From: an uncultured Gammaproteobacteria bacterium
Lineage (GTDB): Bacteria > Patescibacteriota > Microgenomatia > UBA12405
Direction of reading: 5' to 3'
Assembly (NCBI GenBank): GCA_964582365.1
Contig: CAZOQV010000003.1
Span: 1-59,103 of the forward strand
DNA: 59,103 nt
Under the pieces are notes generated by a model that saw only the letters and a list, made by a program, of their open reading frames with translations, did not search any database and was not told the DNA's origin. Numbering within the stretch: the stretch's first letter is position 1; each line of letters begins with the position of its first letter. Positions 1 through 9,572 of this stretch are shown piece after piece. Made by a program: the position numbers and the translations under genes.

Positions 1-173
1 AAAAGCTCACAGTCCAACTGTTGTTGTAAAATTTTTTTATCCAAACTTGCTAACACGTTCCCCTTTGAAACCATGTCTCCACTTTTTTTGGCTACATACG
101 ACACCAGTCCAGAGATGGCAAATCTAACTTCAATAACTTTTCCTTTTATCTCTCCTTGATAAATATCAGTCAT
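1..173 (-). CDS. N-terminal part of a gene cut by the window edge; resembles the biotin-lipoyl-like hairpin of HlyD/membrane-fusion adaptor proteins
   Basis: ATG at 173-171 (minus strand), open to position 1. Hand translation: MTDIYQGEIKGKVIEVRFAISGLVSYVAKKSGDMVSKGNVLASLDKKILQQQLDCEL. The G-x-V...GD-x-V-x-KG-x-x-LA-x-LD pattern fits this fold. Confidence 0.4.
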   Translation of the reverse strand, partial: MTDIYQGEIKGKVIEVRFAISGLVSYVAKKSGDMVSKGNVLASLDKKILQQQLDCEL

Positions 174-276
174 ATATAAAATTATAACAAATATTACAAT
201 CAAAAAATCAACCTTTTTTAAATTACTTTTTTAAAGCTTTTTAGTCTAAAATTAGAACATAAAAATATTATCTCAA

Positions 277-2379
277 ATGAAAAAATTATTTCCCAATCTT
301 TTAACATTTTTCATTTTTTCTCTTGCTTTTTTTGAAATCTATTTTTATTCCGGTTTTATTCAAAAGCATTTCTTTTTTAGTTTCATTTTTTATCTAATCT
401 TCTATTTTCTAATTTCTTTTTGTCTTTTTAAATTCAAAAAAATTTCTCTTTCATCCAAACTAATTAAATTAAATAATTTTTTATTTTTACCCCTTTTAGT
501 TTTTTATTTTATTTTAATTTTTCTTGAAGAACACACTTATCCAAATTTTATTTATGGCCATCTACATATTAATCAAGCCAATTTTATTTATTTACCTTTA
601 GTCAGCATTATTGTCTTTTCTATTTATAATAATAAAAAATTTCAAAAAATATTTTATTTTTTACTGCCACTTTTTGCCACTTACCTAAGCCAATTTGTCA
701 CCTTTGGCAAAAATTTTGATTTTCAAAAATTTTCCACCGTTAAATCTATTGTCGTCAATTATTTTTTATGGTCATGTTTACTATTAATATCTATTTTTCC
801 TTTTAAGAAAAAAAATAATTCTTTAATTTTATATTCATCATTATTTATTTTTATCAACATCATCAATCGATATAAAATTAAATATCTAAACACTTTCTTT
901 AGTCTTAATGATTTTAAAATTGTTAAAAATTTAAAAAGTTTTCTTTTACCAATAATTAGGGAAAACTTTCTTAATAAAGAATTAATTATTTTAATAATTT
1001 TATTTTTACTTTTGATAGTTCTAATCAAAAAAATATTCAACCAAAACAATCCACCTTTAAAAAAACGTTTTCTACCTTTTATTCTTTCCTTTTTAATAAT
1101 AATTACTCCAATTTATTTACCAGATCAATATAACGATTTTATAAACAAATCACCCATGAAGTTAGATCTTTCAAGTCCTTTAAATAATTGTAAAAATAGC
1201 GGTGTTTTATTCTGTTTTATTGATGATTTTAAAAATCTCAGATTTCCCATTCCCTCAGGTTACAATCAAACCAATATTAATAATATTTATTCTAACCTTG
1301 ATAAACTTGATAAACTTGATGAACTTTCAACTAAACCTAATATTATCGTTATTTTATCTGAAGCACTTTGGGATGTTACAAAATTACCACAAGTCAAATA
1401 TTCCCAAGATCCAATAAAAAACATCCGACCAGATATCAAATCAACTCTTATTTCTCCCGCTTATGGCGGCGCCACCGCCAATGTCGAGTTTGAAATATTA
1501 ACCGGATTTAGTAATTATTTTCTTAACAATAGATATCCCTATAATCAATTAATCAATCAGGATGTTCCTTCACTATTCAGTTTATTTAAAGAACAGGATT
1601 ATTTAACCACTGTCATTCATCCTTATAAAAAATCTATGTACAATCGGCCAATAGTTTATCGTCATTTTAATTTGGATAAATTTATTAGCATGGAAGACAT
1701 GTCTTCTTATGAAATTAAAGGCTCCTATATTTCCGATAAATCGTTTATCGAAGAAATTATTAAACAAATCGAATCAACCGATCAATCTCAATTTATTTTT
1801 TCTATTTCGATGCAAAATCATATGCCATATGAATCCGGCCGTTTTCTTGATAAAAAAATATCTCTAGAAAGTTCATTAACAGAAAAAGACCATTCAGCAC
1901 TTGAAACATATACTAATGGAATTTATTTAAGTGACCAGTCATATCAAAATCTTAAAACTTATCTTAAAAAATCAAAGAAACCAACCATTGTCATAATGTA
2001 TGGCGATCATTTACCCTATTTGAACAATGATTTTAGCGTTTATAAAAATCTCGAGTATGTTCCTCAAAATCAGCAAGAATGGACTAAGGATGATTATCAA
2101 AAAATGTATTCTACTCCCATTACTCTTTGGAATAATTTTAATATTAATCTCGACATTGCCTCATCACTAAGTCCCAACTTTATTTCTTTGGAAATTCTAA
2201 AATTTGCCAATATTACCCCAAAAAATCAATTTTCTTTTTTACAATCACTTTCAGCAAGCGGCACTGTTTTAAACAAATATCTAACTCCAAGTTTTTCTCA
2301 AAACCAACTAAAGGATTATGAACTTATTCAATATGATCTCGTTTCAGGCAAACAATACGCTAAAGAAATTAATAATTAA
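277..2379 (+). CDS. LTA synthase (LtaS)-family sulfatase / phosphoglycerol-transferase-like membrane protein
   Basis: 700 aa. The N-terminal ~270 aa is a Phe/Ile-rich multi-TM region. The C-terminal domain has alkaline-phosphatase-superfamily motifs (IVILSEALWD, GGATANVEFEILTGF, MQNHMPY, MYGDHLPY). Confidence 0.7.
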   Translation: MKKLFPNLLTFFIFSLAFFEIYFYSGFIQKHFFFSFIFYLIFYFLISFCLFKFKKISLSSKLIKLNNFLFLPLLVFYFILIFLEEHTYPNFIYGHLHINQANFIYLPLVSIIVFSIYNNKKFQKIFYFLLPLFATYLSQFVTFGKNFDFQKFSTVKSIVVNYFLWSCLLLISIFPFKKKNNSLILYSSLFIFINIINRYKIKYLNTFFSLNDFKIVKNLKSFLLPIIRENFLNKELIILIILFLLLIVLIKKIFNQNNPPLKKRFLPFILSFLIIITPIYLPDQYNDFINKSPMKLDLSSPLNNCKNSGVLFCFIDDFKNLRFPIPSGYNQTNINNIYSNLDKLDKLDELSTKPNIIVILSEALWDVTKLPQVKYSQDPIKNIRPDIKSTLISPAYGGATANVEFEILTGFSNYFLNNRYPYNQLINQDVPSLFSLFKEQDYLTTVIHPYKKSMYNRPIVYRHFNLDKFISMEDMSSYEIKGSYISDKSFIEEIIKQIESTDQSQFIFSISMQNHMPYESGRFLDKKISLESSLTEKDHSALETYTNGIYLSDQSYQNLKTYLKKSKKPTIVIMYGDHLPYLNNDFSVYKNLEYVPQNQQEWTKDDYQKMYSTPITLWNNFNINLDIASSLSPNFISLEILKFANITPKNQFSFLQSLSASGTVLNKYLTPSFSQNQLKDYELIQYDLVSGKQYAKEINN

Positions 2380-2382
2380 TTA

Positions 2383-3696
2383 ATGTTAAAATCAAAATAT
2401 ATGAACAAAATAACTGTCATCGGAGTTGGCTACGTTGGTCTTGTTACCGGAACTTGTTTTGCTGAACTTGGTAATCAAGTTATCGGAGTTGATATTGATC
2501 AAAAAAAAATCGATAATTTAAAAAATGGCATTATTCCAATCTATGAAGAAGGTCTAACTGATTTAGTTAAAAAAAATTATAAATCAAAAAATTTATCTTT
2601 TACTACTAAAGTTTCAGAGGCTGTAAAAAAGTCTGACATCATTTTTATTGCCGTCGGTACTCCACCCATGCCAGACGGTAGTGTTAATCTGGAATATGTC
2701 AAATCAGCCGCTGAATCTATCGGTAAAGCCATGAATGGTTATAAAGTAATTATTAATAAATCTACTGTCCCAATTGGCACTGGTGATCTTGTCAAAAGAA
2801 TTATTTCTCAAAACTACAAAGGTGATTTTGATATTGTTTCTAATCCAGAATTTTTAAGAGAGGGGACTGCCGTTTATGATTTTATGCACCCCGATCGAAT
2901 TGTTATCGGTAATGGTTCAAAAAAAGCCAAAAAAATAGTCAATGATCTTTATTCACCTCAAAATTCTATTATTATAAATACTGATATTAAGACCGCCGAA
3001 TTAATCAAATACGCTTCCAATGCCTTTTTGGCCACTGAAATCTCCTTCATAAATTCTATTGCCAATATTTGTGAAAAAATTGGCGCTGATGTTACTAAGG
3101 TTTCTCAAGGAATGAAACTTGATAATCGAATTGGACAAAAAGCTTTTTTAAAAGCCGGCATTGGTTATGGTGGCAGTTGTTTCCCAAAAGATGTTAAAGG
3201 TCTAATTCAAATTGCTCATGAAAATGGCGTTCGTTTTGGTATTCTCGACGCCGTTGAAGATGCTAATGCAGCTCAAAAACAATCTCTCCTTCCAAAAATT
3301 CAATCTCTTTTAGGTGATGATTTACACGGTAAAAACATCACTGTTTGGGGATTGGCTTTCAAACCAAACACTGATGATATGCGTGAAGCTCCCTCTTTAG
3401 TTATTATTAAACAACTTCTCGATCGCGACGTTAAAGTTACTGTTGTTGATCCAATCGCGGTTAACCCCGCCAAACTAATTCTAGGCGACACCGTTACTTA
3501 TGAGAAAGACCTTATTAAATCAGTTTTAAATACCGATTGTTTGGTTATTGCCACTGAATGGGCAGAATTCAAAAATGTTGACTTAAAACAAATTAAAAAA
3601 TCAATGAAGAAAAACAACATCGTTGACGGCCGCAATATTTTTAACAAAAAAGAAATGAAAGAACTTGGTTTTAATTACCTTTCAGTTGGAAGATAA
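2383..3696 (+). CDS. ugd: UDP-glucose 6-dehydrogenase
   Basis: Rossmann N-terminus ITVIGVGYVGLVTGTCFAELGN, catalytic region GGSCFPKD and the GLAFKPNTDDMREAP motif. The likely true start is ATG 2401 (MNKITVIG). Confidence 0.9.
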   Translation: MLKSKYMNKITVIGVGYVGLVTGTCFAELGNQVIGVDIDQKKIDNLKNGIIPIYEEGLTDLVKKNYKSKNLSFTTKVSEAVKKSDIIFIAVGTPPMPDGSVNLEYVKSAAESIGKAMNGYKVIINKSTVPIGTGDLVKRIISQNYKGDFDIVSNPEFLREGTAVYDFMHPDRIVIGNGSKKAKKIVNDLYSPQNSIIINTDIKTAELIKYASNAFLATEISFINSIANICEKIGADVTKVSQGMKLDNRIGQKAFLKAGIGYGGSCFPKDVKGLIQIAHENGVRFGILDAVEDANAAQKQSLLPKIQSLLGDDLHGKNITVWGLAFKPNTDDMREAPSLVIIKQLLDRDVKVTVVDPIAVNPAKLILGDTVTYEKDLIKSVLNTDCLVIATEWAEFKNVDLKQIKKSMKKNNIVDGRNIFNKKEMKELGFNYLSVGR

Positions 3697-3757
3697 AAGA
3701 TAAAGTCTCTGGTAATATAAAATTCTTAACTAACCTAATTAAACTTTTTTTCTAAAT

Positions 3758-5149
3758 TTATAAATAGTTTTTTAACGTCAAAAAACTAAATATTCCAAAA
3801 AATAGAATAACTAATATTAAAATCAATTTTCTCCACCAAGCCGGTCTTAATTCTTTTGCCAATGTCTTTTGGTTAAGCAATAAGATAGCAATCGAATAAA
3901 CAAACATTGTCATCGCATTTAAAAAAGCACTAATTATAACTAATTGCATTGGTTCTTTGAAACCTACTAATAATACTATTATTGCTAAAGCTATTTGAGT
4001 CCATAAAAAGATAAAATAAAATTTCGATAAGTTTTTAATTTTAAATTTATCTTGGTTTATAATAACCAAATTTTCCGAAGTAATTCTACTGGTGGCATCT
4101 AAAACAGATAATTGAGTCGAAAACAACATTGCCGCCACTAATATTAAAAATATATTACCTAAAATCGGCAAAGTGCGTGTTGCTATTGCTAAACCTTCTT
4201 TAAATAAAAAATTAATTCCAGCCAAATCACCAGTCTGTTTGTAAACAGTTGAAAAAGACAAAACGCTCAACAAAACAATAGTCAATCCTCCTGTTATCCA
4301 AAAAATCAAAGCATGTTCTAAATTTATTTTTCGCCACCATTCTTTAAAAAGAGACAAATTTTCTTTGTTAATTTCAAAAGTTTTTCCCTCTAAACTAAAA
4401 TGTTCTTCTCTTTTTTTAAGTAAACTAGTTATTTTACCCCCATATTTTCCCATCCCATATTCCTTTTCCCTAATATAAAATGACTGAGCTAAGTTTAAGT
4501 TTCCTCCAGCCCCAGAATAAGCAAAAGCTCCTAAGAAAGTTATTAATGACAATCCAGAAGGAATCAACCAAAAACCATCTCCTTTACCAACCAAACCTTG
4601 AGCCAAACTATTCCAATCGCTGCCTTTGGCTAAATATATAGTTAAAAGCAAAATAAAAGGAACTCCAAAATAAATCAAAATTTTTTGGATTCTTTCTTGA
4701 GTTTTATAAACGACTTCTCCTAAACTCAAAATTAATCCCACTGCAATTAACATAATTATTGCCACTAAATTAGCCTTTCCAAACCCCAACAGTAAAATTA
4801 CAATTGTAGCCGACGACAAAATGATTCCAGGCCACATCCAAGGAATAATTGTCGATAAAATAAACCAAACAGGGGATAACATTTTAAGTTTTCTGGCCAA
4901 GCCCACAAAAACACTTTCACCAGTTACCAAAGTATATCTTTCTATTTCCATGTTAATAATATATTGAAAGGTAATTCCCAGCATCGCCGCCCAGATTATT
5001 CCCAATCCATAATTTGCCGCTAAATACGGCCAAACAATCAACTCACCACTCCCCAAACCCATTCCTAATAAAACAAAACTTGGCCCAAGCATTTTTCTAA
5101 AAAGAGGTGCTTTTGGCAATTTACCGATACCTAAGTTGTTTATTCTCAT
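3758..5149 (-). CDS. Nramp-related multi-pass membrane transporter (putative divalent metal transporter)
   Basis: 463 aa with about 11 hydrophobic segments. The N-terminal GPSFVLLGMGLGSGELIVWPYLAANYGLGIIWAA resembles the Nramp signature region. Its ATG overlaps the upstream stop (TAATG). Confidence 0.5.
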   Translation of the reverse strand: MRINNLGIGKLPKAPLFRKMLGPSFVLLGMGLGSGELIVWPYLAANYGLGIIWAAMLGITFQYIINMEIERYTLVTGESVFVGLARKLKMLSPVWFILSTIIPWMWPGIILSSATIVILLLGFGKANLVAIIMLIAVGLILSLGEVVYKTQERIQKILIYFGVPFILLLTIYLAKGSDWNSLAQGLVGKGDGFWLIPSGLSLITFLGAFAYSGAGGNLNLAQSFYIREKEYGMGKYGGKITSLLKKREEHFSLEGKTFEINKENLSLFKEWWRKINLEHALIFWITGGLTIVLLSVLSFSTVYKQTGDLAGINFLFKEGLAIATRTLPILGNIFLILVAAMLFSTQLSVLDATSRITSENLVIINQDKFKIKNLSKFYFIFLWTQIALAIIVLLVGFKEPMQLVIISAFLNAMTMFVYSIAILLLNQKTLAKELRPAWWRKLILILVILFFGIFSFLTLKNYL

Positions 5150-5691
5150 TATCCTAAAATTTTAGTTAATAAATAAATACCTGTACTATTTAAAATAAAA
5201 GAAAGCAACACAAAATATCTTTTTTTGATATTAGCAATTCCAAGCAACATCACTCCAAACTCATTTGGAATAGGAGAACCCATAATAAAAAGGCCTAAAA
5301 CAGGTAATAACCATTTCAATTTTCTGCTATATATCGCTCTTCTTAAAGTTTGTTTTTTATCAATCATTTTATAAAGATCTTTTATCTCGTCTTTAAAAGT
5401 ATTTCTTGTTAATTTAAAAACTAAACTATCACCCAAAACCGCCCCAAAACCAGCGATAAAAACTAAAGGAAAAGCCGGCAAATTTCTTGACAAAAGAGTA
5501 AGAATCATAACTCCAAAACCAACCGTAAAACTATAAACATAAAACATTCCCCCAATTAATCCACCCAAATAACCCAAACCATGAAGACTAATTAGAAAAT
5601 TTTGAACCACAGAAATTCGAGACATTACAATTGCTAAAATTATCCCAGTCAAAAACAAACTTAAACTTTTATACCTTTTAATAAAAGACAT
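5149..5691 (-). CDS. small integral membrane protein, possibly VTT/DedA-like
   Basis: Four to five TM segments and the motif GFGAVLGDSLVFKLTR. Start moved to ATG 5691 (MSFIKRY) to avoid overlap with the upstream flippase stop. Confidence 0.35.
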   Translation of the reverse strand: MSFIKRYKSLSLFLTGIILAIVMSRISVVQNFLISLHGLGYLGGLIGGMFYVYSFTVGFGVMILTLLSRNLPAFPLVFIAGFGAVLGDSLVFKLTRNTFKDEIKDLYKMIDKKQTLRRAIYSRKLKWLLPVLGLFIMGSPIPNEFGVMLLGIANIKKRYFVLLSFILNSTGIYLLTKILG

Positions 5692-5698
5692 TGTAAGA

Positions 5699-6916
5699 TT
5701 ATAACCTATTGGCAATTATCATTACTATCAAAATAAGCAATTCACTAATTACCAAACTCCATCCACCTTGGACAAATCCAAACTTTGGAATCAAAAAATA
5801 GTTAATTGTCAAATTAATCAAAGTTCCTGCTAACACTGCCCAAAAAACCATATTTTGTTTCTTTTTTATGACTAATAAATTGCTTACAAACATTCTAAAA
5901 TAATTAATAACTCCAGACCAAACTAAAAGACTCATCACTCCAGCCGATAAAATAAAAGACTCTCCGTAAATTATTTTAATAATCAATTCTCTTTGCCAAG
6001 TTATTACCATAGCTAATGGTATTAATCCCAAAAGCGACATACCAATTACGAGTTTAATTAATTTATTAATCGTTTCTTTTTTTCCTTCATGAAACAAAAC
6101 TGTCAATCTTGGAAAAATAGCATAATTGATTACATTTATACTTTGAAAAGCAAATAATATCTTAAAAGCAGTTTGATAAAAACCAACCTGAGAATTGCCT
6201 AAATATCGACCAATTAATAAAGTGTCGTTATTAGCATAAATCACCATCGCTACTGTCATTCCAAAAAGTGGTAATGCTTCTTTTATTATTTCTTTCCAAA
6301 AACCAAAATCAAAAATCACCTTAATTTTAATTTTTAATAAATGTGATTGCCAAACTCCTAAAATAATCGCCAACAAAGTTGAAATCATATAACCAAAAAC
6401 TAAATTAATTGCACTTCCGTGAAAACTGATTACTAATAAGGCTGTGATTAAAACTCCAATATAAAAAACCATTCGATTAAAAAATACCATTTCCATTCTT
6501 TCCCAAGCCTGAAAAATTACAATAAATAATCCCTGAAAACCTTGAACCAAACTAAAAATTAAAGTTACCACCAATAATTGCATCGGCACTGGTTTGTTAA
6601 TAAACAAAAAAGAAACCGTAAATAATAATCCAATTATTGATGATAAAAATATTTTTAATCCTATTAGATTACCTAAATATTTTTCACTTAAATCCCTATT
6701 TTTAGCCACTTCACGAAGTGTAATTGTCGATAAACCAAAATCAGCCAAAACCATAAACAAAGCCACGTAAGCAAAGGATAAATTAAAAGCTCCAAATTCA
6801 CTTGCCCCCCAATATCTAACCAGACTAACCGTCACTACAAACATCAAAATCTTTGAACAGAATTCAATTGCACTTAACCAAAAAGTATTTTTAATTAAAA
6901 TTTGCTTATTAGACAT
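5699..6916 (-). CDS. polysaccharide/oligosaccharide flippase (MOP/Wzx family)
   Basis: About 12 TM segments. The N-terminus MSNKQILIKNTFWLSAIEFCSKILMFVVTVSLVRYWGASEFG is typical of Wzx-type exporters. ATG 6916 overlaps the galE stop by 8 nt. Confidence 0.7.
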   Translation of the reverse strand: MSNKQILIKNTFWLSAIEFCSKILMFVVTVSLVRYWGASEFGAFNLSFAYVALFMVLADFGLSTITLREVAKNRDLSEKYLGNLIGLKIFLSSIIGLLFTVSFLFINKPVPMQLLVVTLIFSLVQGFQGLFIVIFQAWERMEMVFFNRMVFYIGVLITALLVISFHGSAINLVFGYMISTLLAIILGVWQSHLLKIKIKVIFDFGFWKEIIKEALPLFGMTVAMVIYANNDTLLIGRYLGNSQVGFYQTAFKILFAFQSINVINYAIFPRLTVLFHEGKKETINKLIKLVIGMSLLGLIPLAMVITWQRELIIKIIYGESFILSAGVMSLLVWSGVINYFRMFVSNLLVIKKKQNMVFWAVLAGTLINLTINYFLIPKFGFVQGGWSLVISELLILIVMIIANRL

Positions 6917-7886
6917 TTTTCTTAAACTGTTTATGCCAATTCCAAGCACTTGAAACAATAGTTTCTAAATCAAAGTATTTTGGCTCCCATTTTAAAATTT
7001 CTCTAGCTTTTTTTGAATCAGCAATTAATTCTGGTGGATCACCAGCTCTTCTTTCATTTTCTGTTACTTTAAAATCAATTCCAGTTATTTTTTTTGCCAT
7101 ATCAACCACTTCTTTAACCGAAAAACCCTTTCCGTTACCCAAATTAAATATATTACTTTCTCCATCATTTATTAAATACTTTAAAGCTAGTACATGAGCA
7201 TCGGCCAAATCCGTCACATGAATATAATCACGAATACATGTTCCATCTGGAGTTGGATAATCAGTTCCAAAAATTTTTATATCTTCTCTGGCTCCAATCG
7301 CTGCATCTAAAACTAATGGAATTAAATTTGAACTACTTCCTTGCCATTCACCAGTTTCACCTTCCAAATCAGCTCCACAAGCATTGAAATATCTTAACGC
7401 CACATATTTAAAACCATAGGCTTCACTATAATCTCTCATTACATGTTCCACCATTAATTTAGTTTCACCATAAGGATTTATTGGATTTGTAGGATGTTTT
7501 TCATCAATTGGTATGTACTGAGGATTACCATAAGTAGCGGCTGAACTAGAAAAAATAAATTTATTAACCTTATTTTCTCTCATCACCTTAAATAAATTAA
7601 GAGTATTGGCTACATTATTTAAATAGTATTTTTGAGGATCTGTTACCGATTCTCCAACCGCTTTAAAAGCCGCAAAATGTAAAACTGCTTCAATTGGATA
7701 TTTTTTAAATACATTTCTAATATCTTCGATATTGCCTAAATCTCCTTGAAAAAATTCACCCCACTTAATCAATTCCTCTTTGCCAGATGATAAATTATCA
7801 AAAATGACTGTTTTATAACCTTGATTAGTCAATTCTTTATTAATATGAGATCCGATATATCCCGCTCCACCAACAATTAAAATCAT
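6909..7886 (-). CDS. galE: UDP-glucose 4-epimerase
   Basis: GGAGYIGSH NAD-binding motif, catalytic YGETK, and full-length similarity pattern to GalE (SSSAATYG, LRYFNACGA). Confidence 0.9.
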   Translation of the reverse strand: MILIVGGAGYIGSHINKELTNQGYKTVIFDNLSSGKEELIKWGEFFQGDLGNIEDIRNVFKKYPIEAVLHFAAFKAVGESVTDPQKYYLNNVANTLNLFKVMRENKVNKFIFSSSAATYGNPQYIPIDEKHPTNPINPYGETKLMVEHVMRDYSEAYGFKYVALRYFNACGADLEGETGEWQGSSSNLIPLVLDAAIGAREDIKIFGTDYPTPDGTCIRDYIHVTDLADAHVLALKYLINDGESNIFNLGNGKGFSVKEVVDMAKKITGIDFKVTENERRAGDPPELIADSKKAREILKWEPKYFDLETIVSSAWNWHKQFKKNV

Positions 7887-7923
7887 ATTTAGTTATTTAG
7901 TAAATTAGTAATTAGTAAATAGT
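7887..7923. repeat. TTAGTAA-type heptamer array filling the whole galE / four-helix-bundle spacer; left arm of an inverted pair
   Basis: Sequence atttagttatttagtaaattagtaattagtaaatagt. Positions 7906-7923 (TAGTAATTAGTAAATAGT) are complementary in 17 of 18 positions to 8298-8315. Confidence 0.85.
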
Positions 7924-8280
7924 TTAAGAAGAACTTTTAATCTTAGATAACAAAGAGTTTAACATTTTTGCCACTTCTGTTGACAAGTTAACAAGATCAT
8001 TAAACTCATTTTCAGTAATATACTCCAAGTCCTTAGACAATTCCAAAAAATATTGAGTTTCTACTAATGAACCTCTGGCTTGAACCAAAAATTGACAAAA
8101 CTCTTTATTTGTTTTTCTCGCACTACCTTCAACAATATTCGCCGGAACAGAACTAGAAGCTCTTCTCAATTGAGAGATAATTCCAAATATCTCTTCTTTT
8201 GGGAATTTTTTTGTAACTTTATATACCTCTAGAGTATATTGATGGGCTTTTCTCCAAACTAACATATTGTGATACAGCAT
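7924..8280 (-). CDS. four-helix-bundle protein (23S rRNA intervening-sequence protein family)
   Basis: 118 aa. The segments VWRKAHQYTLEVYKVTKKFPKEE...QLRRASSSVPANIVEG...F..FL..ARGSL.E are the hallmark of the IVS / S23p-type four-helix-bundle family. Confidence 0.85.
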   Translation of the reverse strand: MLYHNMLVWRKAHQYTLEVYKVTKKFPKEEIFGIISQLRRASSSVPANIVEGSARKTNKEFCQFLVQARGSLVETQYFLELSKDLEYITENEFNDLVNLSTEVAKMLNSLLSKIKSSS

Positions 8281-8287
8281 AAATAAT

Positions 8288-8335
8288 TTTACTACCTACT
8301 ACTTACTAATTACTACTAACTAATCAACTACTTCA
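8288..8335. repeat. TTACTAC/TTACTAA heptamer array (reverse complement of the TTAGTAA family); right arm of the inverted pair
   Basis: Sequence tttactacctactacttactaattactactaactaatcaactacttcac. It overlaps the metK stop codon (8328-8330). Confidence 0.85.
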
Positions 8336-9434
8336 CTATTTTTTCCCACGGATATTCCTCATATCCAAAATGCCCATATCTGGCTGTATTTTTATAAATT
8401 GGTCTTTTTAAATCAAATTTTTCAATAATGCCTTTAACAGATAAATTCAATAAATTCCAAGCAAAATCTTCAATTTCTTTTATATCTTTTTTAGCCGTTC
8501 CAAAAGTTTCAATTGATTTACCAATTGGATCTCTTTGCCCAATCACATAAGCCAATTGAATTTCACACCTATCAGCCAAACCAGCCGCCACAATATTTTT
8601 AGCAATGTATCTGGCTGCATAGGCACCGCTTCTATCCACTTTTGTTGGATCTTTACCCGAAAAACAACCTCCGCCAAGCCTTCCCATTCCTCCATAAGTA
8701 TCTACCACTATTTTTCTACCAGTCACTCCAGTATCACTCGCCGGACCACCAATTTCCCAAGCTCCTGTTCCATTTACAATAATTTCTTCTTCTTTTAATA
8801 TGTTTAATTTATATTTTTCTAAAATAGGTGATACTGCCAAATTATATAAATCTGTCTTTAATTTTTGTTTATCAACAGCCGGATCAAAAGGTTTAGCTAA
8901 AACTATTTTTTCTACTTTTATTACTTTGCCATTTTTATAACTTACACTAACCTCAGCTTTACCATCTGGTCTTAAATAATTTAATTCACCAAACTGCAAT
9001 TCATCCATTTTTCGGCATAATTCATGAGACAAAACTATTGGTAATGGCATTAATTGTGGAGTTTCATTACAAGCATAGCCAAACATCATTCCTTGATCAC
9101 CAGCTCCATCATTATCGGCTCCAACTGCAATATCTTTTGATTGTTGATGAACTAGAACTTCGATATCAGCCTTTTCATCAAAGTTTAAAATTGGATTTGT
9201 ATAACCAATTTCTCTGATAACTTTTTTAGCAATCTCAACATAATTTAATTTCTGGCTACAAGTTACTTCGCCTGCCATCACAATTTTATTAATAGTCACC
9301 AAAGTTTCCAAAGCCACTCTGGAATTTTTATCAATACCTAACGCCGTATCTAACACGGTATCAGAAATTTGGTCACAAATTTTATCGGGATGACCAGCAC
9401 ACACTGACTCGGAAACAAAAAGGGGATAGTTCAT
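8328..9434 (-). CDS. metK: S-adenosylmethionine synthetase
   Basis: Bacterial MetK motifs present: ESVCAGHPDKICDQISD, GAGDQGMMFGYA, GGGCFSGKDPTKVDRSGAY. Confidence 0.92.
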   Translation of the reverse strand: MNYPLFVSESVCAGHPDKICDQISDTVLDTALGIDKNSRVALETLVTINKIVMAGEVTCSQKLNYVEIAKKVIREIGYTNPILNFDEKADIEVLVHQQSKDIAVGADNDGAGDQGMMFGYACNETPQLMPLPIVLSHELCRKMDELQFGELNYLRPDGKAEVSVSYKNGKVIKVEKIVLAKPFDPAVDKQKLKTDLYNLAVSPILEKYKLNILKEEEIIVNGTGAWEIGGPASDTGVTGRKIVVDTYGGMGRLGGGCFSGKDPTKVDRSGAYAARYIAKNIVAAGLADRCEIQLAYVIGQRDPIGKSIETFGTAKKDIKEIEDFAWNLLNLSVKGIIEKFDLKRPIYKNTARYGHFGYEEYPWEKIVK

Positions 9435-9458
9435 ATTTTTCCTTTAATAATTAATAAA

Positions 9459-9558
9459 GGCTTGTCTTCCGAAATTTCGGAAATTGCACCGTGGAACTCC
9501 AAATCAATGGAAGAACTCGGTTGCTAGCCCCGCAACTGCGGGGTCCTCTTGACAAAGC
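9459..9558 (-). promoter_or_regulatory. SAM riboswitch of the SAM-I clan (SAM-I / SAM-IV / SAM-I-IV type) in the metK leader
   Basis: Minus-strand RNA: GCUUUGUCAAGAG-GACCCCGCAGUUGCGGGGCUA-GCAACC-...-GGUGCAAUUUCC-GAAAUUUCGG-AAGACAAGCC. Conserved core strings AAGAG, GCAACC and GGUGCnAAUUCC are present. P1 is UUGUC/GACAA. It lies 25 nt upstream of the metK ATG. Confidence 0.7.
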
Positions 9559-9572
9559 AAATTAATATTAAT

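Noticed and set aside
759-1049. Antisense or shadow ORFs in the supplied track. Examples: 759-1049(-), 1202-1417(+), 3300-3491(-), 8535-8798(+), 9580-10011(+), 13787-14086(-), 33741-34217(-), 39649-39867(-), 39665-39886(+), 39834-40022(+), 46394-46683 and 58545-59018(+).
   Set aside because: Each lies wholly inside, or opposite, a longer ORF with clear family motifs. Their translations are low-complexity with no recognisable domains. In an AT-rich genome with few G/C-containing stop-free constraints, such shadows are expected.
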